Below, piece by piece: positions 38,926-49,525 of a stretch of DNA of 57,548 nucleotides (the first letter of the stretch is position 1; each line of letters begins with the position of its first letter). The position numbers and the translations under genes were made by a program. This stretch comes from Methanothrix sp. Its GTDB lineage: Archaea > Halobacteriota > Methanosarcinia > Methanotrichales > Methanotrichaceae. The notes beneath the pieces were generated by a model that was not told the origin of the DNA, made no database searches, and saw only the letters and a program-made list of their open reading frames with translations. Location of the stretch: contig JBAXWY010000013.1 of NCBI GenBank assembly GCA_037128175.1, positions 1-57,548 of the forward strand, written 5' to 3'.

Positions 38926-39251
38926 TTCAAGACCTCCACTACTACGTAGGATTTGGTCCTGGAAAGGGGCCTACACTCCGCTATCTTGACACGATCCCCT
39001 GACTTGGCATCAATGCAAGGGGGGTTGTGCGCATGGATTTTGGACTGCCTCTTCTCGAATCGTTCATACTTCGTTGCTTTCTTCTCGAACTTACGCATGA
39101 CTACCACGGTACTGTCCATCTTGTCGCTGACCACAGTGCAACTGAAGACCTGGCCGCGCACAGGGAGAGTACCATGGAAGGGACACTTTGGATCATTGCA
39201 CTCCTTTTCCGGCGCGCTAACGTCCAGTCCGATATCCCTCATAACTTCCAC
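38922..39251 (-). CDS. rps17p: 30S ribosomal protein S17
   Basis: [25 protein letters not shown]. Confidence 0.97.
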   Translation of the reverse strand: MEVMRDIGLDVSAPEKECNDPKCPFHGTLPVRGQVFSCTVVSDKMDSTVVVMRKFEKKATKYERFEKRQSKIHAHNPPCIDAKSGDRVKIAECRPLSRTKSYVVVEVLK

Positions 39252-39532
39252 CTCGTTCTTTGCATTCTCTTGCTTATTCTGTTCTCTGGCTGTGAGATCA
39301 AGATTGAGCCGTTAACCCTCACGTTTTGCCCATCGGGCAATGTGAAGATAAGGCTTGTATTCCTTTTGGCAAGGCGCAAAACCTTGGCTTTTGTCTCCAA
39401 AAGGAACGTATTCCTGGTCTCGTCCACAACCTGGGCCTTAAGCCCGATCTGGCTAGAGTTGCTGCTTGTTTCAACCAGCACCTCAAGACCGATCAGCTCG
39501 TGCCTTGCCAGGCTTTCAGGATTTAGGTCCAC
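39239..39532 (-). CDS. rnp1: Ribonuclease P protein component 1 (Rpp29)
   Basis: [19 protein letters not shown]. Confidence 0.93.
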   Translation of the reverse strand: MDLNPESLARHELIGLEVLVETSSNSSQIGLKAQVVDETRNTFLLETKAKVLRLAKRNTSLIFTLPDGQNVRVNGSILISQPENRISKRMQRTRWKL

Positions 39533-39759
39533 TAGACTTCGCTCCGTTTGGATCGTCTTGATCCCCTTCGCTCCGTTTGGACCGTCTTGATCCTGGCGAC
39601 CGTTCTGCGTATGTCTCTGATTCTCCCCGGCTTTTCCGGGGCGCCACCTGCAGTAACGATGCCTCTCTCTCGGATGAGCTCACTTTGAAGCTTCCTTAGC
39701 TCCTCTGTAATCTCCTCCGCATTCATGTTTCTGATCTCATCAATCTTAAAGATGGCCAT
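39532..39759 (-). CDS. rpl29: 50S ribosomal protein L29
   Basis: [20 protein letters not shown]. Confidence 0.95.
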   Translation of the reverse strand: MAIFKIDEIRNMNAEEITEELRKLQSELIRERGIVTAGGAPEKPGRIRDIRRTVARIKTVQTERRGSRRSKRSEV

Positions 39760-39765
39760 ATTGGA

Positions 39766-40584
39766 TCACTCTTCCTTGGCGCAAGGCTCACTATCAGCCA
39801 TCTCTCCGGCGAGAGGTGCATCCTCGGTCACGCCTTCGGCTCTAGCTGGCTCATCCAGGGGAGACGGAGCGGCTAAGGGCTCAGACTCTAAGAGCTGATC
39901 CAGATCGCTCTTCTTCTCGAGAGCGGGCGTTGCCACGGGCACCGACGGCTTGGCCGCGGGCTTTGGTTCCATGACCGGCACAACAACCGGCGGTTTTTCA
40001 ATCCGGAAGTCATCGGGAAGTCGCACGTCGGGCGGGATGATCCTTACCTGGCAGCCAATTACGCCCAGCTTCTTCACTGCTACGGAGTAGCCTTTATCCA
40101 CGAGATCAATAGCAGGCTTGCCGGAGTGCTTGATGTATCCGGAGATGAATTTCTCGGTTCGGGAGCGCGGGCCTGTCAATTTGCCGCTGATCACAATCTC
40201 GCAGCCTAAAGCGCCCGCATCCATCACTCTTCTCATCATGGACTGACCTGCCTTTCGGAAGTACCAGCCACGCTCCAGAGAGGACGCGAGACGATTGGCC
40301 ACAACTCTGCCGTTCAGGTCACCGCGGCCCACATCCTGCACATCAATCTGGGGATTATCCAGATGGAATTTGCGATCCAGGTCGCGGGTGATCTTCCGGA
40401 TCAATTTGCCGCCTTTTCCGATGACCATGCCCGGCTTTTCCGCATAGACAGTAATCTGAGTGCCCATGGGAGTGCGGTTCATGACCATGCCGCCGTATCC
40501 TGCACGTTCCAGCTCTTCCGCCAGATACTCATTGACGAGAGCTTTGGAGAGGCCCTCTGCTACGAACTTCTTTTCTACGGACAT
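39766..40584 (-). CDS. rps3p: 30S ribosomal protein S3
   Basis: [20 protein letters not shown]; acidic Pro-rich tail. Confidence 0.97.
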   Translation of the reverse strand: MSVEKKFVAEGLSKALVNEYLAEELERAGYGGMVMNRTPMGTQITVYAEKPGMVIGKGGKLIRKITRDLDRKFHLDNPQIDVQDVGRGDLNGRVVANRLASSLERGWYFRKAGQSMMRRVMDAGALGCEIVISGKLTGPRSRTEKFISGYIKHSGKPAIDLVDKGYSVAVKKLGVIGCQVRIIPPDVRLPDDFRIEKPPVVVPVMEPKPAAKPSVPVATPALEKKSDLDQLLESEPLAAPSPLDEPARAEGVTEDAPLAGEMADSEPCAKEE

Positions 40585-41051
40585 CAGCTCTTCACCTCAG
40601 TGAGGACCATCTCCACAGAGACCGTCTCGGTGTTCTTGGGGGTGGCTCTTCCCATGGCGCGAGGCATCCATCCCTGGATGGTCCTGCCCTTCTTTGTACC
40701 AGCATGGAAGATCCTCATCTTCTCGGACTCCATTCCCTTGTACTCGGCATTGGCAAGTGCATTATCCAGGACAATCAAGACTGCCTTGGCGGCCTTTTCC
40801 GGATATCTGCCTGCATCCCATCCCACCAGGCCGTGCCTGTGGGCCACATTTCCTCTGTAGCGCTTGAAGGGAATAGCCCTCTTCAAGGCTATTACATCTT
40901 CCAGATAGGCACGGGCGAGGTTAGCCCTCATGCCTTTTAGCGTCCTGCAGATCTCGTGGGCGTGCTTAGGTGAGATGTGAAGCTCCATCCCCATGGCCCT
41001 TGAAGAGCGTCCTGCAGGCGTAAGCGAATAATTCAATCTGCCCAATCTCAC
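40584..41051 (-). CDS. rpl22p: 50S ribosomal protein L22
   Basis: [23 protein letters not shown]. Confidence 0.96.
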   Translation of the reverse strand: MRLGRLNYSLTPAGRSSRAMGMELHISPKHAHEICRTLKGMRANLARAYLEDVIALKRAIPFKRYRGNVAHRHGLVGWDAGRYPEKAAKAVLIVLDNALANAEYKGMESEKMRIFHAGTKKGRTIQGWMPRAMGRATPKNTETVSVEMVLTEVKS

Positions 41052-41054
41052 ACC

Positions 41055-41465
41055 TCACTTCAGCGGCACATACTTGCTTGATCTGGTAGCGCCAACGCCC
41101 GCAGCGCCGTGCTGCACGCGACCGCGCGTGAGAGAAAACTCGCCGAAGAAGTGCCCGATCATCTCGGGCATGACCTCTACCTTTTCGAAGCTCTTGCCGT
41201 TGTAGATCTCGAGATTCTTGCCCACCATATCAGGCATAACTATCATATTCCTGATGTGGGTTCGAACCGAGTCCTTGTTCTTCAGGCTCGTCAGGAGATT
41301 CTTGTTATCCTTGACAAGGCCTCTTTTGATCGATCTGCGTTGCCGCGCTGGTAAGAGCCCGGCAAGCTCCTCTATACTCAACTTGGCGAGGTCGGCAACC
41401 TTCCGGCCCCGATACAAGAATTCTTCCTTTCTCTTAGGAAGCTTGGACCCTGCTTTTTTAGCCAA
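41055..41465 (-). CDS. rps19p: 30S ribosomal protein S19
   Basis: F.YRG, LPARQRR, HG..GVGATRSSK.VPLK. Confidence 0.97.
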   Translation of the reverse strand: MAKKAGSKLPKRKEEFLYRGRKVADLAKLSIEELAGLLPARQRRSIKRGLVKDNKNLLTSLKNKDSVRTHIRNMIVMPDMVGKNLEIYNGKSFEKVEVMPEMIGHFFGEFSLTRGRVQHGAAGVGATRSSKYVPLK

Positions 41466-41475
41466 AACCTTTCAC

Positions 41476-42189
41476 CTAGCGCTTACCGGTTCTCTTTGCG
41501 GCAATTGAACCTACCTTTCGGCCAGGGGGTGCATTCCTGCTGACAGTCTTTGGCCGCCCTGGATGCTGACGTCCGCCGCCACCGAAGGGGTGGTCTACGG
41601 CGTTCATTGCAACGCCTCTGACGATGGGCCATTTCTTGGCTTTGGACTGGAACTTAAAGAAGCTCTTGCCTGCTTTGACCAGAGGCTTGTCCAGACGGCC
41701 TCCTCCGGCAACGACCCCGATGGTCGCCATGCATTTCGGGCTAAGCCATTTCATCTCACCGCTGGGCAGCTGGACGACGGTTTGACCTGCATCATGAGCT
41801 ACGAGAATGGCGCACACTCCTGAAGCTCGGGCAAACTGGCCGCCGTGACCCGGCTGCGACTCGACGTTGCAGATTGGTATGCCCTCGGGAATCTCCGCCA
41901 GATGCAGAGTGTTTCCCGGCTCGATGGGGGCCGATATGCCGCATGAGACTTCCTGGCCCACATACATTCCCTCGGGAACCAGGATGTATCTCATCTCACC
42001 GTTGCTTAAGGCCATGAGCGCAACAGGAGCTGTTCTCGCGGGATCGCGCATTATTTCCTGGACCACGCCTTTTATGGTCTCATCGCTATCGACTTTTATG
42101 TGCTTGATGTCCGCCCTGTACCTGTGAGAGGGTGCCCTGTACGTAGGACCACCTGCACCTCTGTTTTGAGATATGATTCGATGTCCCAT
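41476..42189 (-). CDS. rpl2p: 50S ribosomal protein L2
   Basis: DPARTAP, VRGVAMNAVDHPFGGG. Confidence 0.97.
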   Translation of the reverse strand: MGHRIISQNRGAGGPTYRAPSHRYRADIKHIKVDSDETIKGVVQEIMRDPARTAPVALMALSNGEMRYILVPEGMYVGQEVSCGISAPIEPGNTLHLAEIPEGIPICNVESQPGHGGQFARASGVCAILVAHDAGQTVVQLPSGEMKWLSPKCMATIGVVAGGGRLDKPLVKAGKSFFKFQSKAKKWPIVRGVAMNAVDHPFGGGGRQHPGRPKTVSRNAPPGRKVGSIAAKRTGKR

Positions 42190-42200
42190 ATTTTACCCAC

Positions 42201-42449
42201 CTAAAGCAGTCCTAGCCTCGTGGCAAGCTCGTTCGCACTGCCCTCTTTCGCCAGCTTCACGATGGCCTTCTTTTCTCCCCGGGAGGTTATCATGGTCCTG
42301 ACTGCCAGGATATCGATATCATAAAGATCTTCCAGGGCTTTCTTGATCTCCGGCTTGGTGGATCTCATGTTCACCAGGAACTCTATGGTATCATTGGAGT
42401 CGATCATGCCGGTGACCTTTTCTGTGACGTAGGGACTCTTGATTATCAT
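42201..42449 (-). CDS. rpl23p: 50S ribosomal protein L23
   Basis: [19 protein letters not shown]. Confidence 0.95.
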   Translation of the reverse strand: MIIKSPYVTEKVTGMIDSNDTIEFLVNMRSTKPEIKKALEDLYDIDILAVRTMITSRGEKKAIVKLAKEGSANELATRLGLL

Positions 42450-43219
42450 TGTACTGCCTCCGGGCTGCCCTTTTTGGCCAGCTTTTCCAGGGAAGACTCA
42501 GTCCAGACGGTTAGCCTTCCGGCTTTGGTTCCAGGGGCAAGCAGCTCAGCGTTCAGCCTCTCCACTGTGACGAAGTCCACACCGGGAAGATTTCGGGCGG
42601 CTTTTCCCAGTCCCAAATCGTTTCCGACGACAATGAGCACGCTCTTGCGGCTTTTATATTTCCGTCCCCGCAGTTTGCCCTTGCCGGCACGAATATGTCT
42701 TCCATCCTTTGCCCTCTGAACGTCATCCCACAGGCCCGCTGCCACCAGGAACTTGATGACGTCTGTGGTCTTGCTCAAGGATTCGAGGTCGTTCTTGGCC
42801 ACAACAGGCAACTCTCTCGTAAACCTGTGGCCTCTTGCCTCGACCAGTCCCGACGAAGCCGTAGCGGCGATCGCAGAGCGGATGGCTTTACGCCTCTCCT
42901 TTTTGTTGACCTTTTCGGTATAGTCAGCATTGGGCTGGGGCGCATGTGAGCGGCGGCCGCCTACGGCCATGGGTACGCCTGCGGCCTTTCTGCCGTTCTT
43001 CAATCTGGGAACTCTAGAGACGCCGTGTCCCGGACCCCATGACTGGGCAGAGGTATTCATGCCCGCATAGAAGTGAGGTCCATAAGCTTGGAGTCTGTTG
43101 GCCTGTGCGGCTAGGACGGCCCTCTTGATTATATCCGGCCGGTATTCCTCCTCGAAGACAGGAGGCAACTCAATCTGGCCGCTCTCATTTCCCGATAGAT
43201 CAATGATATTTGCCTTCAT
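42446..43219 (-). CDS. rpl4p: 50S ribosomal protein L4
   Basis: [28 protein letters not shown]. Confidence 0.97.
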   Translation of the reverse strand: MKANIIDLSGNESGQIELPPVFEEEYRPDIIKRAVLAAQANRLQAYGPHFYAGMNTSAQSWGPGHGVSRVPRLKNGRKAAGVPMAVGGRRSHAPQPNADYTEKVNKKERRKAIRSAIAATASSGLVEARGHRFTRELPVVAKNDLESLSKTTDVIKFLVAAGLWDDVQRAKDGRHIRAGKGKLRGRKYKSRKSVLIVVGNDLGLGKAARNLPGVDFVTVERLNAELLAPGTKAGRLTVWTESSLEKLAKKGSPEAVQ

Positions 43220-43222
43220 CGC

Positions 43223-44227
43223 CTAGACCCCCTGCTTGGACTCTTGGCTCACATAGAGAAACTCGGGCACTTTCACGAAGTTCTTTCCGGGTCTTATGGC
43301 GTGTCTTATTCTGACCATCCTCTTGATGGGACCGGGAACGCTTCCCTTGATCAGGATATATTGATTTCTAACCAGGCCATAGCCGGGAAATCCGCCTTTC
43401 GGATTTATTTGTGCGCCGTCGGTTCCGATGAACATGAGTCTTTTATTGAACTCTGTCCTCTGGTGGTAGCCCATCTGGCCGAGTTGTGGAACGCGCCAGC
43501 TGATATGAGATGGGTGCCAGGGACCGAGGTTGCCCACGTGCCGCAATTTGCCGGTACGGGCGTGCTTTCTCTTGGCGATGGCAATTCCCCAGCGTCGCAC
43601 TGGACCCTGAGTGCCCTTGCCTTTGGTGACGGCAGATGCATCCATTAGATCTCCCAGCTCAAATACGCTGGAGATAGGGACCTGCTGGCCCAGCAACTTC
43701 TGGGCAAAAGCGAGCCGATCCAGCATGGAGCCGCCGCTCACCGGCATTTCCATGAGCTCTGGAACCTTCTTGGGAATTCCGGTTATGAGCATGGGATTGG
43801 TGTGCACCAGTACTCTAACATCTACGATATCGTCGCCCAGAGCCCGCAGGTCGTCGGCTGATGTCCCGCGAGTCTTCTTGGGAACGGTCAGAGCGCGAGC
43901 TAGTTCGGGGCTCAGGTTCTCGGACCAGGCCTCGCCCGCGGGGCGCAGCCCGCCGTTGTAGTTCTCGTAGGCGCGCACAGCCACCACATTCATGGGGGGC
44001 ACCTCCAGAACTGTTACGGGCATGGAGATCTCCACACCCTCGGTGAGGCTCCTCGGTCGGTCGTCGATCATCATGATGTGGGTCATGCCGGCTTTGTAAC
44101 CGGCAAAGCCTGCCATCCTGGCCTTGTCCTCCTCAGGCCAGCTTCGGATTCTTGGGACCTCGCTCTTGGCCCTCTTTCTCGGGCTGTAGGCCAGCGAACC
44201 TCGTCTTGGTCGGTGTATTGTTGCCAT
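43223..44227 (-). CDS. rpl3p: 50S ribosomal protein L3
   Basis: PRRGSL...PRKRA, GYKAGMTH, GQMGYHQRTE. Confidence 0.97.
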   Translation of the reverse strand: MATIHRPRRGSLAYSPRKRAKSEVPRIRSWPEEDKARMAGFAGYKAGMTHIMMIDDRPRSLTEGVEISMPVTVLEVPPMNVVAVRAYENYNGGLRPAGEAWSENLSPELARALTVPKKTRGTSADDLRALGDDIVDVRVLVHTNPMLITGIPKKVPELMEMPVSGGSMLDRLAFAQKLLGQQVPISSVFELGDLMDASAVTKGKGTQGPVRRWGIAIAKRKHARTGKLRHVGNLGPWHPSHISWRVPQLGQMGYHQRTEFNKRLMFIGTDGAQINPKGGFPGYGLVRNQYILIKGSVPGPIKRMVRIRHAIRPGKNFVKVPEFLYVSQESKQGV

Positions 44228-45076
44228 TTAGTCCTCCACGTGCGCACCCAGGTTGAGCAGGGCTAAAGTGGCAAAGACAGCCTCTTCCACGCGAACCGTC
44301 TCAGTTCCTTGATGCGGGATGGTGTTGATCATTTCATATCTGTCCATTGATTCCTTACTCAAGAAGGCATCTACGCCCCGTGCCGGTGAGCCGAACACCA
44401 CCGCAAGATCACGCATCTGGCCTTGTTGAACCATTTGAGAGAGGATTTCAGGCGTCAGGCCTTTTCCGTACCGGGAGGTAAGAACCACGTAGCCGCCTTG
44501 CTTATGCTTTTCTGCCAGGTAGCTTTCCAGGCTCTCCACTACAACGGTCTCGTATCCCCAGTAATGAGGGATATCCTTGGGGTCCACAGGCTCAGCGGCG
44601 AGCGGTTCATGCGAAAAGATTCTGACATTTAGGCGCTGCCCCACCGGGATTTTTCCCTCGGTACGAAGGGGAATTGGGCGATTGATTCCGATTTCCACCC
44701 AGACGCCATTATCAGATCCGACGCTTTCAACGACTGCTCCGACGCGAAACTCGCCAATCTTGAGCGATTCTGATTTTGAGTTTATTGGATGATGAGCCGT
44801 ACGTAGCGGCGGCAGAGTTCCAACATGACATAGCTCCTCCCGGCGCGGGATGAGCATCCGTCGCAGGTACTGCGGCGTTTCCATGTAACGCAGCACCATC
44901 GCCATGAATCGCGAGTCATTACGTTCTGGATCGCGATAGATCACGACGCGGTTGTATTGGAAGACCGCTGCTGCCCGTGCGATTTGGCCAACCTTGAGCG
45001 TGTTGACACGCGAATCCCTACTCTCCATGGTGAGAGAGGACGGGATAAGGATGGCTCTCTCGCGGTGTCCGGTCAT
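44228..45076 (-). CDS. SPOUT RNA methyltransferase (DUF171/C9orf114-like, putative uridine-N3 MTase)
   Basis: IARAAAVF, Y.ETPQYLR, G.LPPLR..HH, NTIP.QGT.TVRVEEA. Confidence 0.9.
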   Translation of the reverse strand: MTGHRERAILIPSSLTMESRDSRVNTLKVGQIARAAAVFQYNRVVIYRDPERNDSRFMAMVLRYMETPQYLRRMLIPRREELCHVGTLPPLRTAHHPINSKSESLKIGEFRVGAVVESVGSDNGVWVEIGINRPIPLRTEGKIPVGQRLNVRIFSHEPLAAEPVDPKDIPHYWGYETVVVESLESYLAEKHKQGGYVVLTSRYGKGLTPEILSQMVQQGQMRDLAVVFGSPARGVDAFLSKESMDRYEMINTIPHQGTETVRVEEAVFATLALLNLGAHVED

Positions 45077-45166
45077 CAGGTTTCCCTACTCTGAAGAGAG
45101 AGGAGGTATAAAAAGGTTTGGAGAAGAATAAAAGAATCCTGCAAAGGCACTCGTCCACAGTCAGGC

Positions 45167-48100
45167 CTAAACAGCTTGTTCGTTCTTCTTCTCCACAGTC
45201 TCATGCAGAAATTGAAATTCTATTGGGAGCTTGGCTCCTTGGAGGTTAGCTCCTCTGAGGTCGGCTCCTTCGAGGTTGGCATCTTTGAGGTGGGCTCCTT
45301 CGAGGTTAGCTCCTTCGAGGTTTGCTCCTCTGAGGTCGGCTCCTTCGAGGTTGGCATCTTTGAGGTGGGCTCCTTGGAGGTTAGCTCCTTCGATCCTAGC
45401 TCCTTCGAGGTCGGCTCCTTCGAGGTTGGCTCCTCTGAGGTCTTGTCCTCTAGGGTTTGATCCTCTAAAGTCGGCTCCTTTGAGGCTGGCTCCTCTGAAG
45501 TCGGCTTTCTTGATGTTTATTCCTACAAGATAGGCATTATCGAGGACTGCTTTCCTGAGATCGGCACCTCCGAGGTTGGCTCCTTCGAGGTCGGCATCTT
45601 TGAGGTGGGCCCCTTGGAGGTTAGCTCCTTCGAGGTTAGCTTCTCTGAGGTCGGTTCCTTCGAGGTTGGCATCTCTGAGGTCGGCTCCTCTGAGGTCGGC
45701 ATCTTCGAGGTTGGCGCCTAAGAGATTGGCATCTCTGAGATTGACTTCTTCGAGATTTGCGCTGTAAAACAAAGAAAAAATCGCAGACGCAAATTGAAGA
45801 TTTGAATGGTTCAGATCCGCAAAAATAAAATTACCAAAACTGAGGCGATTTCCAGATAAATCCAAAAAGGACAGACATTTTTCAGCTACTGACTCAAATA
45901 TCGTGCGCTCTTTACGAATCTGCTGCAACCATTCCCCAAATGCATTCATATTGACATTCTCTATTTTGTTTACTTGCTTCGTGAAACGCGCACATGCACT
46001 TAAGGCAACCAACAATGCCTCTTCGGCATTTCGTGATTGATGAATCGCCTTATTAAAAGGAACAATCCCAAGCTGCTCCATAGGCATTCCATTCCGCAAC
46101 ATATAGCTGAAAAGGCATGCCAGCCGATTCTGCCATTGGGTCAATTCCTCGTTTGAGCGCAGCTTCATTTCATTGAGGAGAAAATCATGAAGATACGGCG
46201 TTATGGCACTCGGCCCGCAGATCTGGGCCCAGTGCTTGAGGACATCCCTTTCATCCCATCCTTCATCAGGACTCTCGGTCCGGCGCTCCATTTCCCGGAT
46301 GACTCTTTCCACAGCCCGGACGATTCGTTTCGCTGTAAGATATTCTCCAAAACTCTTGTGGGTAAAAACAAATGTCGAGTCTCCACTTGAACGCTGACCG
46401 TACTGGCGGAAGAAAAAGGCAGCTAAAAGCCGCATCACGCCTGCTTTTGCTCCATCTTGAAAACTGTCCAGCATCGAGCCCAGTCCACTGGCATTGCAGT
46501 GCTCCTGGATTTCACGCACCGTCGTAGTTCGTCCATCTCCATGCCAGGAAGCCAATCCGATCTCTTCCAGTATGCGAAAGAAATCCTTGAGCGTCATATG
46601 TCTAATATAAACATGAGGATGCTTTTCATATCCCCGTTCATGGACGGCTGCGACGAGATCAGCATAAATCAAGTTCAGATTTATATCCTTCGTAAAATCC
46701 AGCTTCTTGCGAGTGAAGCTGAGGGCCACGAGATAATTGAGTAGCGGCTGGGCAGTGATCTCTCCCATATCTTTGCGGTCCAGCTCATTTGGAAGACCTT
46801 TATACGATCCTCCTGCAAGAATACCATAATTTGCCCACCACTGCTGTCTGAGGTCATTTTTCAGCAAATTTTCCGGATCGTGATATTCCTCACCATCCTG
46901 CACCAAACGCCCCTCATTATTGGATGGAAAAGTCATAAAGTAGGGAAGCAAAGTGAGAATCTGGCGGGGACGGCGGAACTCAGATTCGTTTTCCTGGACG
47001 ATCAGCTCCCGACCGCTGATCAGAGCCCGAAGCTTAACGCTCTGTTGATTCCGCTTCTCAACCGCTAAATCCACCATACGAACAAAGGCTCTAGCCATCT
47101 CAGCAGCTGCTTTTCCCTGGCTAGCGAGTTCATCCAGGCCATCGAAGATCAGCAGCAGGTTAGGCTCGGGAGATTCGGGGTCCAGGGGATTTTGCAGCAG
47201 AATGCCTTCATCTCTGACGAACCGACCGACTTCTTCAACCAGGTCTTTGGAAGCATCAATCAAATGAAGCGGAACGTACAGCACCCTCACTCCCGGATCA
47301 AGAGAATGCTTGGCCGCGAAAATGCGTGCAAATGAAGACTTTCCACTGCCTGGGCCGCCGCTGATTACCCGGATGACGTCTTGAGATCGAGGATTATTCA
47401 GCCACTGCGCCAATTCATTCTCTAAAGAGACCACCACGCGTCTGCGCTTTCGTCCCATGCGAGCTATTTCTTCGCTTTGAACTTTGCCATCCTTCTTATC
47501 TTCGAGGTAAAAAGCATTCAATGGAACATACATTTGCCTCAAGCTGAACGGCTCATCGAAAATTCCTTCATCTACACGGTGATGCAGCAGCGCAGAATAG
47601 GCAGACCACGCCCATTCACGGTCTCCCGCTCTGGCTAACGGTGTATTTAATGCTTCAATGATAGGCAAATAGATTTTCGCGTTCTTGCGCCATTCCCGGA
47701 TGAGCGCGTAAACGAAGTAGCTGGGCAGACGGTCTGCAATGGCCTTGGCGCTCGGCCCGGCTTTTGGATCGCTCACGCAAAGCCCTTCGAGCCACTTCTG
47801 AAGAAGGGATTGAACATCTTTTAGAAACGGCAATTCGGCAGGCCGGTCGAGGAACTTTCTATCAATGAAGACTTCAGTAACTGCGCTGGTGAAATCGAGT
47901 TGTTCAACCATGACATCGGGGTCAATCATCTCGTCCATCAACTGCAAACAGGAACTCTCATTCACCAACTCTAAGAGAGCCTCGTCTAGGGAACGGTTGA
48001 TGAGAAGAAATGCAATTTCGCCCGGATCTTCGGTCTTCAGTCCGAGAGCGGAAAGCGTTTCCGTTGCATCGATGCCTGCTTCTTCCAGCTTTCCGCCAGC

Positions 48101-48226
48101 AGCATGAATGACGCCTTTGGAGAGTGATTTAAAAAGTCCTCTGTAATCCACCTGAAACGGTCTTTCGAAAACGCTCTTCGGCCTTTCTACCTTCAGTCTT
48201 GGACCTGATTTAAACTTCTTCGCCAA
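45167..48226 (-). CDS. NACHT/STAND NTPase with C-terminal pentapeptide repeats
   Basis: Walker A GGPGSGKS, Walker [25 protein letters not shown] winged-helix motif, A(D/N)L repeats. Confidence 0.9.
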   Translation of the reverse strand: MAKKFKSGPRLKVERPKSVFERPFQVDYRGLFKSLSKGVIHAAGGKLEEAGIDATETLSALGLKTEDPGEIAFLLINRSLDEALLELVNESSCLQLMDEMIDPDVMVEQLDFTSAVTEVFIDRKFLDRPAELPFLKDVQSLLQKWLEGLCVSDPKAGPSAKAIADRLPSYFVYALIREWRKNAKIYLPIIEALNTPLARAGDREWAWSAYSALLHHRVDEGIFDEPFSLRQMYVPLNAFYLEDKKDGKVQSEEIARMGRKRRRVVVSLENELAQWLNNPRSQDVIRVISGGPGSGKSSFARIFAAKHSLDPGVRVLYVPLHLIDASKDLVEEVGRFVRDEGILLQNPLDPESPEPNLLLIFDGLDELASQGKAAAEMARAFVRMVDLAVEKRNQQSVKLRALISGRELIVQENESEFRRPRQILTLLPYFMTFPSNNEGRLVQDGEEYHDPENLLKNDLRQQWWANYGILAGGSYKGLPNELDRKDMGEITAQPLLNYLVALSFTRKKLDFTKDINLNLIYADLVAAVHERGYEKHPHVYIRHMTLKDFFRILEEIGLASWHGDGRTTTVREIQEHCNASGLGSMLDSFQDGAKAGVMRLLAAFFFRQYGQRSSGDSTFVFTHKSFGEYLTAKRIVRAVERVIREMERRTESPDEGWDERDVLKHWAQICGPSAITPYLHDFLLNEMKLRSNEELTQWQNRLACLFSYMLRNGMPMEQLGIVPFNKAIHQSRNAEEALLVALSACARFTKQVNKIENVNMNAFGEWLQQIRKERTIFESVAEKCLSFLDLSGNRLSFGNFIFADLNHSNLQFASAIFSLFYSANLEEVNLRDANLLGANLEDADLRGADLRDANLEGTDLREANLEGANLQGAHLKDADLEGANLGGADLRKAVLDNAYLVGINIKKADFRGASLKGADFRGSNPRGQDLRGANLEGADLEGARIEGANLQGAHLKDANLEGADLRGANLEGANLEGAHLKDANLEGADLRGANLQGAKLPIEFQFLHETVEKKNEQAV
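45225..45765 (-). repeat. Coding 15-nt pentapeptide repeats
   Basis: Repeated GA(N/D)L(E/R/Q) units. Confidence 0.9.
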
Positions 48227-48275
48227 TTAGACCATCATCCTTTGCACGATCTTGCGGTTTAGGCTGCAACAATAT

Positions 48276-48857
48276 CTAAACTTTTTCGTCCTCAGCGAGC
48301 AGAACCGGCTCAAATGTCCTCGCATCCAGCCGAATCCTGTTCTGACAGTAGCTGCATACCGTCTCCAAAAAAGCGCCTTTTGCCAGCGCCTCCTCCACCT
48401 CTTCCTGGGGCGTGAGATATTGCGTCATCTCCTCTCCGCATTTGGGACAGGCCACCTTCAGCCACTCCAGCCGGGAGAGCTCCCGCAGGGTCTTGATTAA
48501 AAGCCCGACGGCATCGGCATATCTCTCTTCCCGGAAGAGCAGAGGCCGCAGGTGCTCGATGAGAAAGGGCAGCGCTGCGCCCTCCTCTTGCAGGGGGATG
48601 ATGAGAAGATCCAGGCCACGGGCCAGGCCGATCTCCTGGCAGACCTCCGGGGACCGTGAGCCTTTCTCGGTCAGCAGGGCCACCAGGCACTCGGAGTTAC
48701 GAAGACCGAATGAGGCCCGCTCGGCTAAAGATATGGCTGGTGACAGATTATAGAGAGCGACGTAGCTTTCCAGGCCCACCCGCCACAGGGCGCGAGCGAG
48801 CTGCATGGCCATATCCTCATCAGCGGAGCTGTGGGAGATGTAGACTTTGGAGATCAT
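48276..48857 (-). CDS. TIR domain protein with C-terminal zinc ribbon
   Basis: VYISHSSAD, S.EVCQEIG.A (catalytic Glu position), IIP; CPKC...CSYC. Confidence 0.88.
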   Translation of the reverse strand: MISKVYISHSSADEDMAMQLARALWRVGLESYVALYNLSPAISLAERASFGLRNSECLVALLTEKGSRSPEVCQEIGLARGLDLLIIPLQEEGAALPFLIEHLRPLLFREERYADAVGLLIKTLRELSRLEWLKVACPKCGEEMTQYLTPQEEVEEALAKGAFLETVCSYCQNRIRLDARTFEPVLLAEDEKV

Positions 48858-48902
48858 CTTGTTATTATTAGTATGCGTTCTTGAAAAGGCTGACTATTGC
48901 CC

Positions 48903-49148
48903 TTAAGCTTCCAGGAAGATGTTCCAGACCGCCCAGAGAATAGAAAGGGTGGCCACGAAGAAAATCATATACAGAGTATCCAGGGAGATATTCCAGGCCA
49001 GAAGATTTGCCAGATCATAGACCACGTAAAGTACAAAGGTGATGGCTATGCACCAGCCGTACATTTTCTTCTTGCTGGTGGCCAGCATCACGCCTAGAGT
49101 TGCCACGACCGCCTCCAGCAAGATGGAGAGCAAATGAAGACCGTTCAT
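48903..49148 (-). CDS. Small 3-TM membrane protein
   Basis: 81 aa hydrophobic; KK.YGW.IA.TF..YV.YD. Confidence 0.75.
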   Translation of the reverse strand: MNGLHLLSILLEAVVATLGVMLATSKKKMYGWCIAITFVLYVVYDLANLLAWNISLDTLYMIFFVATLSILWAVWNIFLEA

Positions 49149-49244
49149 TTTGATAACTCAAATAATAATTAAAATTTGTTAGATATAAACTTATGGGACA
49201 AATCCGGAAAAATAGGAGCCAAATAGACCGATTTATTGGCTAAT

Positions 49245-49487
49245 TGCCCGTGAGACTTAAGCAAATTTGTTACCTTTATATGGAGCGAGGTCATACCGTT
49301 TTTGGTACGCATCAGCCACGGAAAAGCTGTAGCCGCTCCGGATATGGGGGCAGACAATGGCGTCCACCTGGGGCCAAGGAGCTTGACAGTGCTGACAGAA
49401 GCGATAGGAACAGCTACTACTGTCTGGAAGGGCTTACGCCTATGCACGGCGCGAACGACAGCCAGCATGGAATAGCCAATGGCAAAA
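49245..49487 (-). pseudogene. Phosphoribosyltransferase C-terminal remnant
   Basis: AIGYSMLAVVRAV..VVAVPIAS then frameshift to VDAIVCPHIRSG..FSVADAY...YDL; 5' half missing. Confidence 0.65.
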
Positions 49488-49525
49488 CTTTAAGTGACTT
49501 AAAGCGTTCATACCACTGAAGTCTC

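Noticed and set aside
45176-45767. Repetitive plus-strand ORFs (APSRLA, EVGSF)
   Set aside because: Antisense shadows of the pentapeptide repeats
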